DNA from: Rhina ancylostomus
Lineage: Eukaryota
NCBI GenBank assembly: GCA_030265395.1
Contig: JARFYF010000084.1
Location: 76,806,960-76,870,959 of the forward strand
Direction: 5' to 3'
DNA: 64,000 nt
Under the pieces are notes generated by a model, which was not told where the DNA came from, did no database searches, and saw nothing but the letters and a program-made list of their open reading frames with translations. This document shows, piece after piece, positions 11,614-24,967 of this stretch. The position numbers and the translations under genes are program-made. The first letter of the stretch is position 1, and every line of letters starts with the position of its first letter.

Positions 11614-11900
11614 CAGGCAGTCCCCGGATTATGAATGAGTTCTGTTTTAGAGACTGTTTGTAACCCAATTTTGTGCGCAACTCGGAACAGTATCCGAGCA
11701 TGCACACTAGGCCCAGTGATCATGGCTGCGCATGCGCGCTAGGCCCAGCGATCGCGGCCGCACTGGGCCCCAGCTGCACATGCGCACTTGGCCTGGGGGT
11801 TCCCCGGCCGCACATGCGCATTTGGTCCGGAGACCCACGAAGGCCTATTCGTAAGTACGGATGTTCGTAAGTCGGGCGTTTGTAAGTTGGGGACTGCCTG
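11614..11900. mobile_element. Tc1/mariner-pogo (Tigger-like) MITE
   Basis: Perfect 12-bp terminal inverted repeats CAGGCAGTCCCC / GGGGACTGCCTG, with TA on both sides (11612-11613, 11901-11902). GC- and CpG-rich internal tandem units. Confidence 0.85.
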
Positions 11901-13226
11901 TATATGCAGACTTTCCAAGGAACTAGCAGAACACATTTTTGGTTCACATCAGCATATTTCTGCAACCACAACCGATACACAAAACATACCAAGTCAACTG
12001 CCTTCAAAATGGTGCATGCACAGTAAGACAACTTTAGGATTTGACTTTCAGTGATTTTAAGGCATTTTAAAAGCGCATGTCTTCGCCAATATTGGCTTTG
12101 CATCACCATCTGTAAATGTATACTTAGATGTAATGAAGTAGGGCTAGTGCACGGGTCCAAATACTGCTTTCTCTTTTGAATACCACTGCTAAATTTAAAA
12201 TTTAATCCCAAGGCTATATTCTGCCACTTGGTTTGCTTAGCTTTGGTACTCAGTTCCATCGAGGTTGGTTACAAACTATGTAAACTTGACTTGAATTCCT
12301 CATTTATGCATCAGTGAGTAAATTAACTGCTAGCTGTAGAATTAAACCAAGCATGTCACCCTTACACTTATAATATTCTTATACTGACTCTGGAGTAAGA
12401 TTCAGAGTTAATTTTCCAATGTCACCTAAGGCAGCAATAAAGCTAGTGCCTTCTTGTACCCTAAGGCTAGTCAATGGTAAACTAACAACTTCTCCAATGT
12501 CATTGTTGTCAGAACGTGCTTATAGGAAAGAGGAGGCATGTTCAGGGTCAACTACAAACCATCATCCCCATCAACATGAACAACTGTCAACCATCACCAA
12601 TAAAAGTCACATATTGTGGCACTGTTTTGGCTACCAAGAATATGAATAACCCTCCAATATATTACAGAAAGTATTTCAATTGTCATCATCAGAAAATGAT
12701 AAGAGGTGGCAAAACTCCAATATATTTCACTTCCAAGCTAAGAAGGCCTCTACTTCACAGCAGAAATGCTTCTCCTGTTCCTTAAAATCAGTTATTATTA
12801 AATTCCTGTTCCAAACATACACATTTTTTCTTTCAATTAACAGCAAGCTCTGAGCAGCAAAGATATACCTGCTTAGAATCACGGTTTAGTTCCTCACCAA
12901 TCAGGAACTATTGTCCAATTAGTTCGAGTTGGATTTAAGCACAAGTTACAAGCTGTGAGGACTGTGTTTTAACTCTGTCATATCAAGTTACATGGGTTCC
13001 GTCCTGTGTAAAATAATGAATTACCTAACTCAGCAGTCTTATGCTTAAAGTAGTTAATGCTGACCAACTTCAATCGATAACATTTCAGCTGAATATTTCA
13101 TATGCGCACGGTCCAACAGACTAACTTACTTGTGTCAACAATTTTTTATGTAATTTACCTATAGTCCAGTTACACCAATTTTCCACATTTAATGGGAAGT
13201 TCATGGTAGCAGTGCTGATAAGAATA

Positions 13227-13276
13227 ACATCCTCAGGACACACCAAAGGATTTTACATCCTCAGGACACACCAAAG
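13227..13276 (+). repeat. 22-bp perfect direct duplication
   Basis: acatcctcaggacacaccaaag at 13227-13248 and 13255-13276, separated by gatttt. Confidence 0.9.
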
Positions 13277-16200
13277 TCCCCCATAAATAAAATGAATTTC
13301 AAAGTTACTTCTTTGGGTGTGAATATGGCATTCCATTTGTGCAGAACAAATTTCCATAATTGTCAAAAACAAATCTCAAAATAAAAATGCAGCACTCTTG
13401 ATATTGATTTAGCAGTCAACATCATTCCCCATGGAATCTTGTGTTTCAGGGAGATAACTTCTCATTCTTCTAAACACCAANNNNNNNNNNNNNNNNNNNN
13501 NNNNNNNNNNNNNNNNNNNNNNNNNNNNNNNNNNNNNNNNNNNNNNNNNNNNNNNNNNNNNNNNNNNNNNNNNNNNNNNNGTCAAAATCATTCCCCATGG
13601 AATCTTGTGTTTCAGGGTGATAACTTCTCATTCTTCTAAACACCAAAGAGTACATGATCAACCATTCCTCATTAAGCAATCTGCACCCCAGAAATCCAAC
13701 CAAGTGAAACTTTCTTGAACTTTCTCCTTTGGGGTGAGAAGTAGTGGTGGGGGAGGGTTGTGACTAGAGAATGCCATGGCAAGTTTTTCTTAGAAAAATT
13801 GTAGACATCTGTTAGAAAAAATAACAAAGTTTAAACTATTTAACAGATTTTTTCTAAATGTATGAATCAGGCTGGAAGTCAAACTGATTAAAGCTGTCAG
13901 TGAATTTGAAATTTAAAAAAAAATTAATCACCACACTCATACAGGAATTGTAAGTGCTGACAAAGAAGGGTCATGTATAGAAAATTCAATGTTCAAGTAG
14001 AAAATGTGAAAATACCAGATTATTCATCATTCTTCATTATAAAATACAGTTGTAGCCCAATCACGTTAATCTAAACGTGTGTTCACTTATCTTTGGGAAT
14101 CCACATACTCTCCATCGTGCTCAGCGTCATCCTATGGATGGATGATACATCAAAGCTGCTAAACTTCTCATCAGTTCAATGCAGACCTAACTAAATTTTG
14201 ACTGGANNNNNNNNNNNNNNNNNNNNNNNNNNNNNNNNNNNNNNNNNNNNNNNNNNNNNNNNNNNNNNNNNNNNNNNNNNNNNNNNNNNGCATGTCTATC
14301 ACACGGAGGCTCAAAAATAAAAAGCATAAACAGTTGCAGATGCAATTTAAAACCTATGAAATGGGTCGGTGGAAATTCATAAAATTTAATAAAAATATTC
14401 ATATAATGATGCAAGAAAGAATCCACCTCTGGCACCACCAGCTTATGTTCATCTTGAGGCAGGTAGAGAAAAGCAGAGGGGATAGAAAGCAGAGGTAAGA
14501 TAAACTCCTTGTGCAAGATTTTCTTCATGCAACATCAACACCAATTCAAAGCAAAGTCCTCTGAGGGGTGTGAGAAGGGAAGGGTAGTACAAGTCAAGAT
14601 AACATGCAAAAACTCTAAGTACATCATAATTAGCCCAAAGGTTTACCAGTTACAAACAAGGTCAAAATGGACAGTCAACATTTCCCTCCACAGAAGCTAC
14701 CTGACCTGCTGAGCTCCTCCAGCATCTTGTTTGTTGCTCCAGATTCCAACATCTGCAGTCTTGTGTCTCCAAATGTTTACCAGTTTATTTCAGTTTACCG
14801 TCAATCCTCAGCTATTTGAAGTGTCATTTTGTTTTACAGAAAAAATCATTTTTTCTAAAGAAACACACATAATGCTGGTAGTAAACCTTGTATTATTTAC
14901 AAGTCAGGTCATCAGTAACTAACTGATGAGTCAACATCTCACCATTAACATACATGCACTACCATTTTATCATGCTGCCATTCTACCACCGCTGTTCACC
15001 CCCCCTAAACAAATTTACCATTTTTTCTTCTTCTTGATCAGCAACTACAAAATATTTTGTCAAAACAAATCCCCATCTGTAGATCACTAAATGAAAATTG
15101 CATGCCTCTCAAAATGTTTTTCACATGTCTAAGCAGCATGAAACAACTTGGATTGTAATTCTATTGAATTACCTTAATATAACAGTGATTTTTTTGCTTT
15201 CTCCTAGTCAACAGTTTCTTTGCCATCCTTTATAAAAGTAGTTCCTCCAGTTTTTTTTTGCTTTCACTTGATGTTACTAACTTCCAAAAATGAAAGAAAA
15301 AAGATATCAAATTTTCTGGTACCTTATGGTCAACTTTTATTTTGGTACAAAGGAAGATACTCAAAGATGGGTTCTGTGCAATTATCCACTTAAGTAAAGA
15401 TAGATGTGCCAGTGGATATGGTTTCTGTCTCACTCAGGTTACTAACAGACACATCTGTTCCAAAGATACCATTTGTTAAATCTGATCATTAATTTGGCAT
15501 TTATGATTCACTGAACAGCAGTTAGTGCCACAAACCTAAAATTATTTTGGACAATTTAGGCAAAGTAAGAGTTGTGTTCGAAGAGCACTGTATAAAAAAT
15601 CTGAAATCTGCCTGAATTACAATTAGAAGGAAACTTACAATTTTGCCAATCAGACAGGCACAAAGCCCAGCAGCTTAAAATGGAATGAAAGTATAGGATG
15701 TCATATCAGGTATGGGTAATCAGTGACCTTTTCCAACTAAATTACATGTCATTAGGATGGCACTCATCCTGGTTAAGGCTTGAAGTTTGACAGCTCATGA
15801 AACAAGTTTAAGAGAATATTAAAATGGAAACACACTGGCAAGAATAGTGGATGAGTACACACCACCAACCACAAAAAGGCTTGTTTGTACATATGTGTAT
15901 TATTTATAGCACTGAAGTCATGGAAGGATCTGAAAATAGGTTGGAGAATATTTTTAAAATCATGTTACTTAACTGGGAGCCATGGGGGTCATGAAGCATG
16001 GGACTAATGATTGAAACTTGGTGCAAGGAATGAAACAGATATTTGAATGAGATCAAGTTCTTGAGGAACAAGACAAGGGAATCTGGCCAGTAGTGTATTG
16101 GAATACAGTACTCCACTTTAAGGATAACACAGGCAAAGGTAAGCAGAATAAGTTGAAGCAGGGGAAGAGTCAAAGAGTGGAAAAATGGAAAAAGCCAAGA

Positions 16201-17489
16201 GGGCTAAACAGAAAAGGCCCTGGTTACCATCTTGCAAACACTCTCATATGTAAACTATGTACCAGTGGAATTTGCACCACTTCTGTTTCAGAATAGGAAT
16301 AGATCAGGCAGTCACTGTGTGGAATGGGTAATCTTCCAGAACTTGAACTGATGTAAATTCAGAAACCTTCTCACTGAGGCAAGTCACATGCCACAGAAGT
16401 TTGAGGAAGTTATGGAAGTTATCAATAAAGGAAAGGCACATGATGTGTGGTATTTCTCCATGAATGTCTATTATGCAANNNNNNNNNNNNNNNNNNNNNN
16501 NNNNNNNNNNNNNNNNNNNNNNNNNNNNNNNNNNNNNNNNNNNNNNNNNNNNNNNNNNNNNNNNNNNNNNNNNNNNNNTGAATGTCTATTATGCAAATTA
16601 AGGTGCAACTTATTAAAATGTACTTTGTCTGAATCTCTCCAAACAGGTTTCCACCCTCATCTGACAGCTTATGATGGCGCCAAAGCTGATCTATCCTTCA
16701 AGACTCCTCATCTCCAGCCTCAAACAAGGCTGACCGTGCATCCCACTTCCAAAATCTATCCGTCATTGTCCAGCTGCATGAGATAGTAGTTTCCTGGTTT
16801 CAATCTTCTGGTTCTAATCATAGGCTGAAGTTTCTTGCCATGGCTTCATTTCACATAGCTGTACTGTTACCTCTGATATCCCTACCAACTCATCTTCACT
16901 GTGTCTCATCAGTATGCTGCCCCTTGGCAAGAGCATCTCAAAGCAGAATCAGCTTCCATATGTATTGTAACAACACTCAGTTTTACCTCTCCATGACAAA
17001 GACTTATATTAACAGCAAGTGTTTTTATTTCCTACGCAAGTGGAAAACACTTCCAGGTCTACACTATCAAAGTCTCTGAACCTTATAGACCTCTGGAAGG
17101 ACACTCCTCAGCCTTCTTTCTAGGGAATGGAGTCCCAGCCGCAACTACCCACAACATTAACAACTACAGGCTAATTCCTTCTCAAAATTGTTGCGAACTG
17201 AAGAGTACTTCAAAATTTTAACATCACTCACAAATGTTACTTATGATTATCACAGATCCCTTCATTTTTGAGTTTTTATTTCAGTCTAGATTTTGCTTAC
17301 TATGGAGAGACTTTTAAGTTCCATCATACCATAAATTTTTCTTCCAACTTTTCTTGTGTTGTTTCTCCTCATTTTATTCTTCACATCTCTAAATTCAATT
17401 ATCAATAAAAATAATACCTTGCAAGAACACTGCTAAAAGTTGCTTTATCAGAAAGACATTAAGACTGTTCAACATTAAGAACCAACTTG

Positions 17490-18020
17490 CAAATGTCCAG
17501 CACCTTTAACAAAGTTGAACATCTGACAATTATAAAATAAAATTTGACAGGTGCCTAAAGACCTGGTTAAAGAGGTAGATTTTGAGGAGCATCTTAATAG
17601 AAGAGAAAGGTGGTCTTGAGATGGATTTCCAGATTTTAAGTTCTGGATAACAAATGATATGGCCATCAGTGAAAAGTGGAAAGAAACAGGAACAGAACAA
17701 AAATCAAAATTAGACCATGGTAGGCTGGGAGAAAATTACATATTGGGTGAAAAAAAGGCTTGGGGGATCTGAACAGAGAGAAAAGATACTTTAATTCAAG
17801 ACCTTCCAAATCACAAGGTGATGGGAGGTAGAGACAGGCATTAGAGTTTTGGATAACAAGTTTACAAAGGATCTTAAGAGATCAAAGAAACTGAGTTAAC
17901 AAAAACATGATCAGAGATTTCAGTAGGAGAGGGGAGGTGGGTTGAAAAGAAATGATGTTGAAGTGAATGCATGGAGTTGTCTACATGGAGACAAAACTTC
18001 ATCTGAGGATCATAGGATAT
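17490..18020 (-). mobile_element. Decayed L2-type LINE 3' fragment
   Basis: ctaaagacctggttaaagaggtagattttgaggagcatctta matches the family also seen near 54000; by eye. Confidence 0.45.
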
Positions 18021-19234
18021 CTGAGTAGCAAATGATCTGGTTCAGTTGGATGGTTCCCAGGGAAGTGATTGAAACTGATGGCTNNNNNNNNNNNNNNNNN
18101 NNNNNNNNNNNNNNNNNNNNNNNNNNNNNNNNNNNNNNNNNNNNNNNNNNNNNNNNNNNNNNNNNNNNNNNNNNNNNNNNNNNCTGATGGCTTGAAAATG
18201 TGGTTACGGCAGATGGCAAATATTATGGCTCCTCTTCTCAAAATCTTGATGGGCGAGATTTCAATGCATCCATTACTGGGTACCAAAACCTGGTATGGCA
18301 AATCAGACAAGGTGGGATTCAAGAGATTGAGAGGTAAAATGGGAAGCTTTAATCATACAAGTCAGTTAATTAACTGTAAATTAACTGTAATCTGAACATA
18401 TGCAAATGCACCATACAACAAACTTTTAGTCAAATACTAAAATTTGTAGTACTACAGCCAACATACAACTTGCAAAGATATGTATCCCACACCACTAAAC
18501 AAAATATGAAGTGGAACAAATCAATACATTGCTCAACTTAGAATAAGCCACTGCATGCACTTTGGAAGTGTTTTCATATCGAGGCAAAACCTCCTCCACC
18601 TTGAGGATAGTCATTAGTGCCAAAAACACAAGTGTCAATGCCAGTATCAAACCTTTATAATCATTAGATAACAATCAAAGTCAATGACACTACTCAAAAT
18701 ATGATGAATCACTCTCAATTAAGAGTGATAATGAATTCACTAGCTAATCATACTCAGTTTCCTAGTAATGTTCCTTAGTAACAATATGTGAGGATTGTTT
18801 TGTAACCTATTCTTAAATTGTGTAACTCATTTAATGTTTAGCGTTGATTAACAGAAGTTACTGGATAATTGTTTGCTCGCAGAAACCAACTTAATATATG
18901 AGAGTCTACTAATAATTAATTCTGTGTTGTAATCTCAAAAAGACTGGATTAATTAGTCACACAATATCACCCACATTTTCATAATAAAAGCAGCAATAAA
19001 TGCAATATTACAACAGCTTTCAGAAAGAACACATTCTGACCTCAATTTTGTAAGTTCTAAGCATCGCCAATAGTCACATTAACCTAATCTATACATGTGC
19101 ATCAAAATAGGCAAGAACTTAGAATAAATTCTCATTTATCCAATATTTATACATCCAGAATTCTCAAGCAACCAGCAAAAAAATTAAGCATGTGAAACAA
19201 TTTCATTACACATTTTCAATAACATAAATTAAAT

Positions 19235-20085
19235 ATTAAATGCCTGCATGGATGCAGAAACGCTTATTTGATGGTGTCATCATGTTTTTGTACTAAGCAT
19301 AAAGAACACTGATAAAGGATTGCCTGAAGATAGTAAAGTCGTGCTTTTCTTAGGTAACCACACTGCCCATCTTCCTGCAGGAGAACTTGTGAATGGAAAT
19401 TATTTTTGTTATTTTCCTCCATGCCAATGGGAGGAGTTTAATTCAACCTATGAATCAAAGCGTCATACTATATGCAAAAATGTTGTACCTTTGTACCTTT
19501 ACGAGATGGTCCATGAACTACAAAAGGAAAATTCAAGATTTCCAGTCAAAATAGTCCATCAAAGATGCAATTTTTTTTAAAGTGGCTTGCACATGGAAAC
19601 AAGTTAAGAGTGAAACACTGCAAAAATGTTGGTGAAAACTATGGCCTCTTGTTGTATTTGAAGAAGGGTTATCTGATGATGAATTTTTTTGAAAGATTTT
19701 GTGTGTGTAAAGATGGTGACTGTGTGTGAAGAAATCAAGGAATTAGTAGACCATCTGGGAACCAAAAATCCAATGGAAAAACTTCCAAAAGATGAACTAG
19801 ATGAGTGGCTGGAAATTGTCGAGGATGCTCCTGTTACAAGTGACATTAAATTCTGATGAAATCATAAAAAATGCTATGAATCATAATAAGCCTATTGTTC
19901 ATGAAGGAAGTGATAATGGAAGAGGAGCCAGAGGAAAATGTCTCTTGGAAAATTGGGAGAAAAAGTCTCTTGGATGCAAAAATATTTAAAAACTCAAACT
20001 GTAATGCAGTTACACCTTCTTCATTCAGATTTTATGCACGAGAGAAGGAAGGCATGCAAGCCAACTGACTATTCAAGAAAATGAG
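19235..20085 (+). pseudogene. Degenerate pogo/Tigger-family (DDE_1) transposase, Jerky-like
   Basis: Frameshifted peptides NACMDAET, LPEDSKVVLFLGNHTAHLPAGELVNGN, IKDAIFFKVACTWKQVKSETLQKCW*KLWP and DELDEWLEIVEDAPV fit pogo DDE_1 motifs (NAWM, LLLDNxxAHP, AWxxVxxxxxxxxWxKLWP). Confidence 0.75.
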
Positions 20086-21589
20086 TAAGCCTGAACCTCT
20101 TTGGTCTTCAACTTTGACTCAGTAAAGCTGTGTTGAACTTGATGAAATGCTATTAGAGTATCCAGAACATGGGGACTAATTGCACTTGCATTTGGACATC
20201 TAGAATTAAGTGATTAAGTGGTTAAGTGGCAGCTAGCCCAAGGTGTAAAAGTCTATGTATAGGCTACATAAGTTTGTATTTAATGAAAACAAGCTCAGAT
20301 AGTGAATTTTATTTCAAGCGTTATGCAAAACAAGTGTGAAAATATATTTTTAGTTTATTTACCTTGTGCACAACAGCAGTGCAATTGTAGGTTGATTAAC
20401 AGCAACAACCTCTTTGATTTGGCACTTCATTTGATTGTGAGTGCAGTCATTCATTCGATTTATTTTGTTGCATTTTACATAAATACTGTTTAGCCTTAAA
20501 ATATAGAATGCCAGTGTAAAACATTGTCATTTTGAAAGGGTAAGGAGATGGCATATTGTTTGGTGATTTACTTAATCGTTTATACATAGCATACTTGTGT
20601 TCATGTACAGTAGTATTTTTGTTGAGTATTTCTCCTGCAATTAGCATATTCCTGCTACTGGCACACCCCATTCCCCATGGATGCCAGATGGCTGAGAGTA
20701 TACTGTACCTGGACATCCCTATGCAAGGATTCCTTCCAAACACAGTTGCCCCAACAGAGCAACATACAGACAGCAAGGTCCTTAAAGGCAGCCTCAACAT
20801 TCAGTGTCAAGTTATAGAACATCGCACAGCAACAGACCTTTCAGTCTATGGTGCCTATGCCGGCCAGGATGACATTTATTCAATGACCTTCCCTCCATCA
20901 CTCAGCCAGCAAGAAGAACATTTATTGGTATTCTACTGTATTCTGTTTACACTGCAGATAAAAAAGCAGTCTGGATGCAGCAAGACTTGGACAACATTCA
21001 GTCTGATCAGTCGCAAGTAGCACTGGCACAGTGGTGCAGCAGTTAGCTAGTGAGGCTAGCTGCTCCATGGGTCTGGGTTTGATCCTGTCTGCATGGAGTT
21101 TATGACATTCATAACTGGTGTCTCAAGAATTGCACTGCAAAAGTTGCTATCATAAATGAGGACAAGGATACAAGTCAGGATATCTTGACAAAAAAAAAAG
21201 GACAGAGTTTGCTTCAAGTGCACAATCTTGGGACCTTTACTGGAAAATTCATCTGTATACAAATTGTCTCAGCCAAGAATACAGTGACTGTTAAACAGTC
21301 TGCTGATACTTTGGGTTTAAGATGTGATGCAAGGATGGTCACTGGAGCATCAATGCCTGCAGAAATGTAGCCAGATCTGAATCATTACTTTCAGGGTTTG
21401 CAGGATAACAGTCCTCTCTAAGTAGATAGAGAGGTGAATGTTGACTTTTGCTTCAATATTAACTCAGATGAGAGTGGTACAGCACCAAATGCAGCAACAG
21501 AAGCATTAAGTCAGTGCATCCAAATTAATTCTGCTCTCATGTGTTCAAATCAAATGTCACTTTAAATTACATGCAAGTATACCAAGTTG

Positions 21590-21980
21590 ACCATTTGATC
21601 ATCAGGCCTGCTCCACCATTTAAAAAGATCATGGCTGCAACTTCAACTCTGCACTCCCACCAACATCCCCACCCCTATAATCTTTCACTTCTGGGTCATC
21701 AAGTCTGCCCACCTGTGCCTTAAAAGTATTCAAAGGCCCTGCTTCCACTACCCTTTGAGGAAGAGTCTGAAAGACACATTACTTTGAGAGAAAAACGCTA
21801 AATTTGCAATCCCTCAATTTTAAACAGTTAACCAGAGTTTTAATTTTCCCCATAAGGAGCAACATTCTCTCAACGTATTCGGGAAGACCTCTCAGGATTT
21901 TATATGTTTTAATTAAATACCCTTTCACTCTTCTGAATTACAGTGGATACAAGCCTAGTCTGCCCTATCTTTCCTCATTT
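21590..21980 (-). mobile_element. CR1-type LINE 3' end
   Basis: caggcctgctccaccatttaaaaagatcatggctg ... gcttccactaccctttgaggaagag ... ctctcaggattttatatgtttt. Confidence 0.55.
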
Positions 21981-23811
21981 CAAATCAAACTCAAACATGT
22001 TTTTAAAAAAAACTCAATATTTTTGCAACTATGTATCTTTTTTAAAAAGGGAAACCTTCAAAATATTGCTGAATTTCTGCATATATGTCACTCTCTTAAA
22101 AATAAATGGCAGAGTGAAGAGAACTATTAACAAAATTTCATATATTCCCTTAAAACTTCTCATCTCATATTTCTCCACAGAACAATTCATGGTATGACAG
22201 CAGCAGTAAAGACAAAATCAAGTTAGCAATGACCAACAACCTTAAACATACAGATTAATTTATAACCCTAAACATAAAAATGAGATTTTGCTAAATACCA
22301 GAGTTCTTTGTTGTCATGGAAATCTCCCAGTAACAAAGTTGTTTAGCACTCTGTTCTCTCCTTACCTCCCCACCCCCTCTTGCCCCAATCTATCACATTC
22401 CCCTACAGACCAGTCACTGCTTTATTCGAATGGCATAAACATCTAATTAATGCTCCACTGCTCCCATTTCCACTGCTGAATAATTTAATTTCACCAAATA
22501 CAAGTCAACCTTTATCATCTGAATGGTTACATTTTCTAAATGATCTTCTTTTCCGCTCAGGACGAAATGCATCATCTCAGCAGATCCCTAATTAACAATC
22601 ACAGCATGTTTCTTCTTTTTAAAGTAGAAACTAAGCAGTGCCAACAAAAAAAGTTGAAAAGAGCCAGCCTCAAAGCACATTCTAAACTATATTTCCTTCT
22701 GTACAAGAGCCATCACGTATTTCAACTTCTTCCTCCAAGCATTTCACATCACTTCAGTAAATTATCCAAGGAAAAAATGCACTGAAAGCATTGCTTCATC
22801 CATAATTCCTGAACTAGAGCCAAGTCAGCAAAATTTGGCATCCTCAAAGGGCAACACAGGACAGAACAAATTCCTTAAAGGATTGCAACAAAGAGGATTT
22901 AAATTTTTTAAAAACTAAATGTTCAGTTATATTTAAAATGAGTCAAATGGAAATAAATATAGTACTTGCAATGGAAAGTANNNNNNNNNNGGCACAAGGC
23001 AGAAATATTTTGTGACATCATCCTAACACTGAAGAAAAAGTTTACAACAAAGGAATCAGAGCATTTCTTACAGGAACCTCTCCCTACAATGATTATCATA
23101 AGCATTAGAGGTTCAGAGTCAGTTATTCTGGTAAAAGTAAAATCTACCCTAATTCTTCGCAATTTTTAAACTACCATACTCATTAGTTGCTCTCCAAAAT
23201 TAAAGGGGTATTGAGGAAATAACTAGAAATTAGCCCCCAATTTGGGGATGGACAGTGAAACACTATCTGACCAGCATCAACCACAACCCAAGAACAAACA
23301 TCTAAAATATCATTTGTTAGAGTTGTTGCACTTGTGATGGCAGGCCAGATCCACTTTGTGGTATATCACTGAAACAGAATTCAAAACCTATACAAGAGAT
23401 CCACCAACTAAATACAGGATGTGTGAAACCCATCAAAGGCTAGATTCTCATTATGATTGCAATCTAGTGACTGAAAACATGCAGGCATATTTCACAAGGT
23501 GAAAAAAAATTGGATTTACTACTGTCCAGGACCCAATGTCTATGCCCATGCATGACCACTTGGACCAGTACCAATTTCTAAAATCTAGCACTGGAAATTA
23601 TCAATGGTCAAGACCCCCAGAAGTGCAGCAATAAACGTGACTGTGTGACCAGAAGAGAGGACAAAAACATAAATCTCAACCTGCTACAGTCTCAACCCCT
23701 GAAAGCTGCTGGAAGACATCTGCCAGAAAGCATTTCACACAAATGGGGTTAGTTACGAGGCAACCATAATTAAATAGCCAGTCATCAACTTACACCTGCA
23801 ATAAGTAACCA

Positions 23812-23969
23812 CTCTTTTTCTACTTGCCCTTCTTCCTGGAAACTACTTAGCTACATTTTCACGCGAGCCAGTTGATCTTCAATGGTTCACTCAAACCATT
23901 GAAGATCAACTGGCTCACATGAAAATGCAGCCAAGTAGTTGCCAGCAAGAAGGGCAAGTAGAAAAAGAG
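23812..23969. repeat. Long near-perfect inverted repeat (76-bp arms, 6-nt loop)
   Basis: Arm 23812-23887, loop cactca (23888-23893), arm 23894-23969; 70 of 76 positions are complementary, with no indels. Confidence 0.95.
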
Positions 23970-24967
23970 ATGAAGGAAAATTAAAGGAAAAAAAAATGCA
24001 AAAAGGTAATGTAAGAGTATCAGAAAGGAACTGTGTTACAATATAGAAGTAAATCAAATTTGCAAATGAACCATGACCAATTTCTTCCTAAGTTTATTTA
24101 GGGACTCTGCCACACAGTACCTACTGACAACATTCTTTGTTACCTGCAGGTGCTCACTAACCAACAGATATGTTCAAAACTGTCTTTCTATTACAGATTT
24201 TCCATCTTTTGATCTCTAACAAATCAATTCAGTATCACACTGGAAAGAGTAAAATGGATTCCACAAGTAGAAGATATACTAGTTAGCTCACAAGATAGAG
24301 CACCCTTTTAAAAAAAAACAAACTTTGGGACAACTGGGATGGTTTAAAGTGTGTTTGTTCTTGTACCATCTCATCGCCAAGGAAGTTGGAAGTTATGGTA
24401 ATGCTTTAATTGACAGCTGGTAAGACTTTACATTTAGAAAAAACACATGTTTAATTTACAGTCTAACTAAAAGCCAATGGATTTAATACTTAAGCAAACG
24501 ATGACCTGAGCTTACAAACATAAACCCTTCTTTTTCGTACACTATTTGGTAAGGCTACCTTATGGAACAAATATATCACAGAGCTGAGCCCTTCTAGGTG
24601 CAATATAGGCACCTTTAGAAGCAGACTGCTTACACAAAATCTGCAAAAGTACAAGGCATTTCTCACTACCCAATAATAGCAGATAGCATTTGAAATAATG
24701 AACATTAATCATTAAATCTTAATGTAAAAACATGAGCTACATTAACAACAGCCAGCAAAACTCAATGACTATAATCTGCAATTGCACATAACATGCAAAA
24801 TTAACTGTTTGGTCTTGATACTACATTTGTTTGCTGGGAGGTTGCATTAGGCATAGAAATTAAAACAGAACATTGGCTTTACAATAGCTTGCATCCACTG
24901 CATAAGCAAATGAGGCATTCAGATCAACCTCAATGAATTCATGGGAAATGGAACACCTGGGAACAGA

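Noticed and set aside
11697-11830. CRISPR-like or other prokaryotic repeat-spacer array
   Set aside because: The units are degenerate tandem repeats inside a MITE, with no unique spacers or cas genes. The window is spliceosomal vertebrate DNA.
11720-12259. 179-aa minus-strand ORF and overlapping ORFs
   Set aside because: They run through the GC-rich MITE, have no recognisable domain, and show no splice or codon support.
13415-13646. ~65-bp direct repeat on both sides of a 100-N gap (also at ~16460/16579, ~18075/18184 and ~59586/59742)
   Set aside because: The duplications sit at gap edges, which is typical of unmerged contig overlaps or haplotype differences rather than biological repeats.
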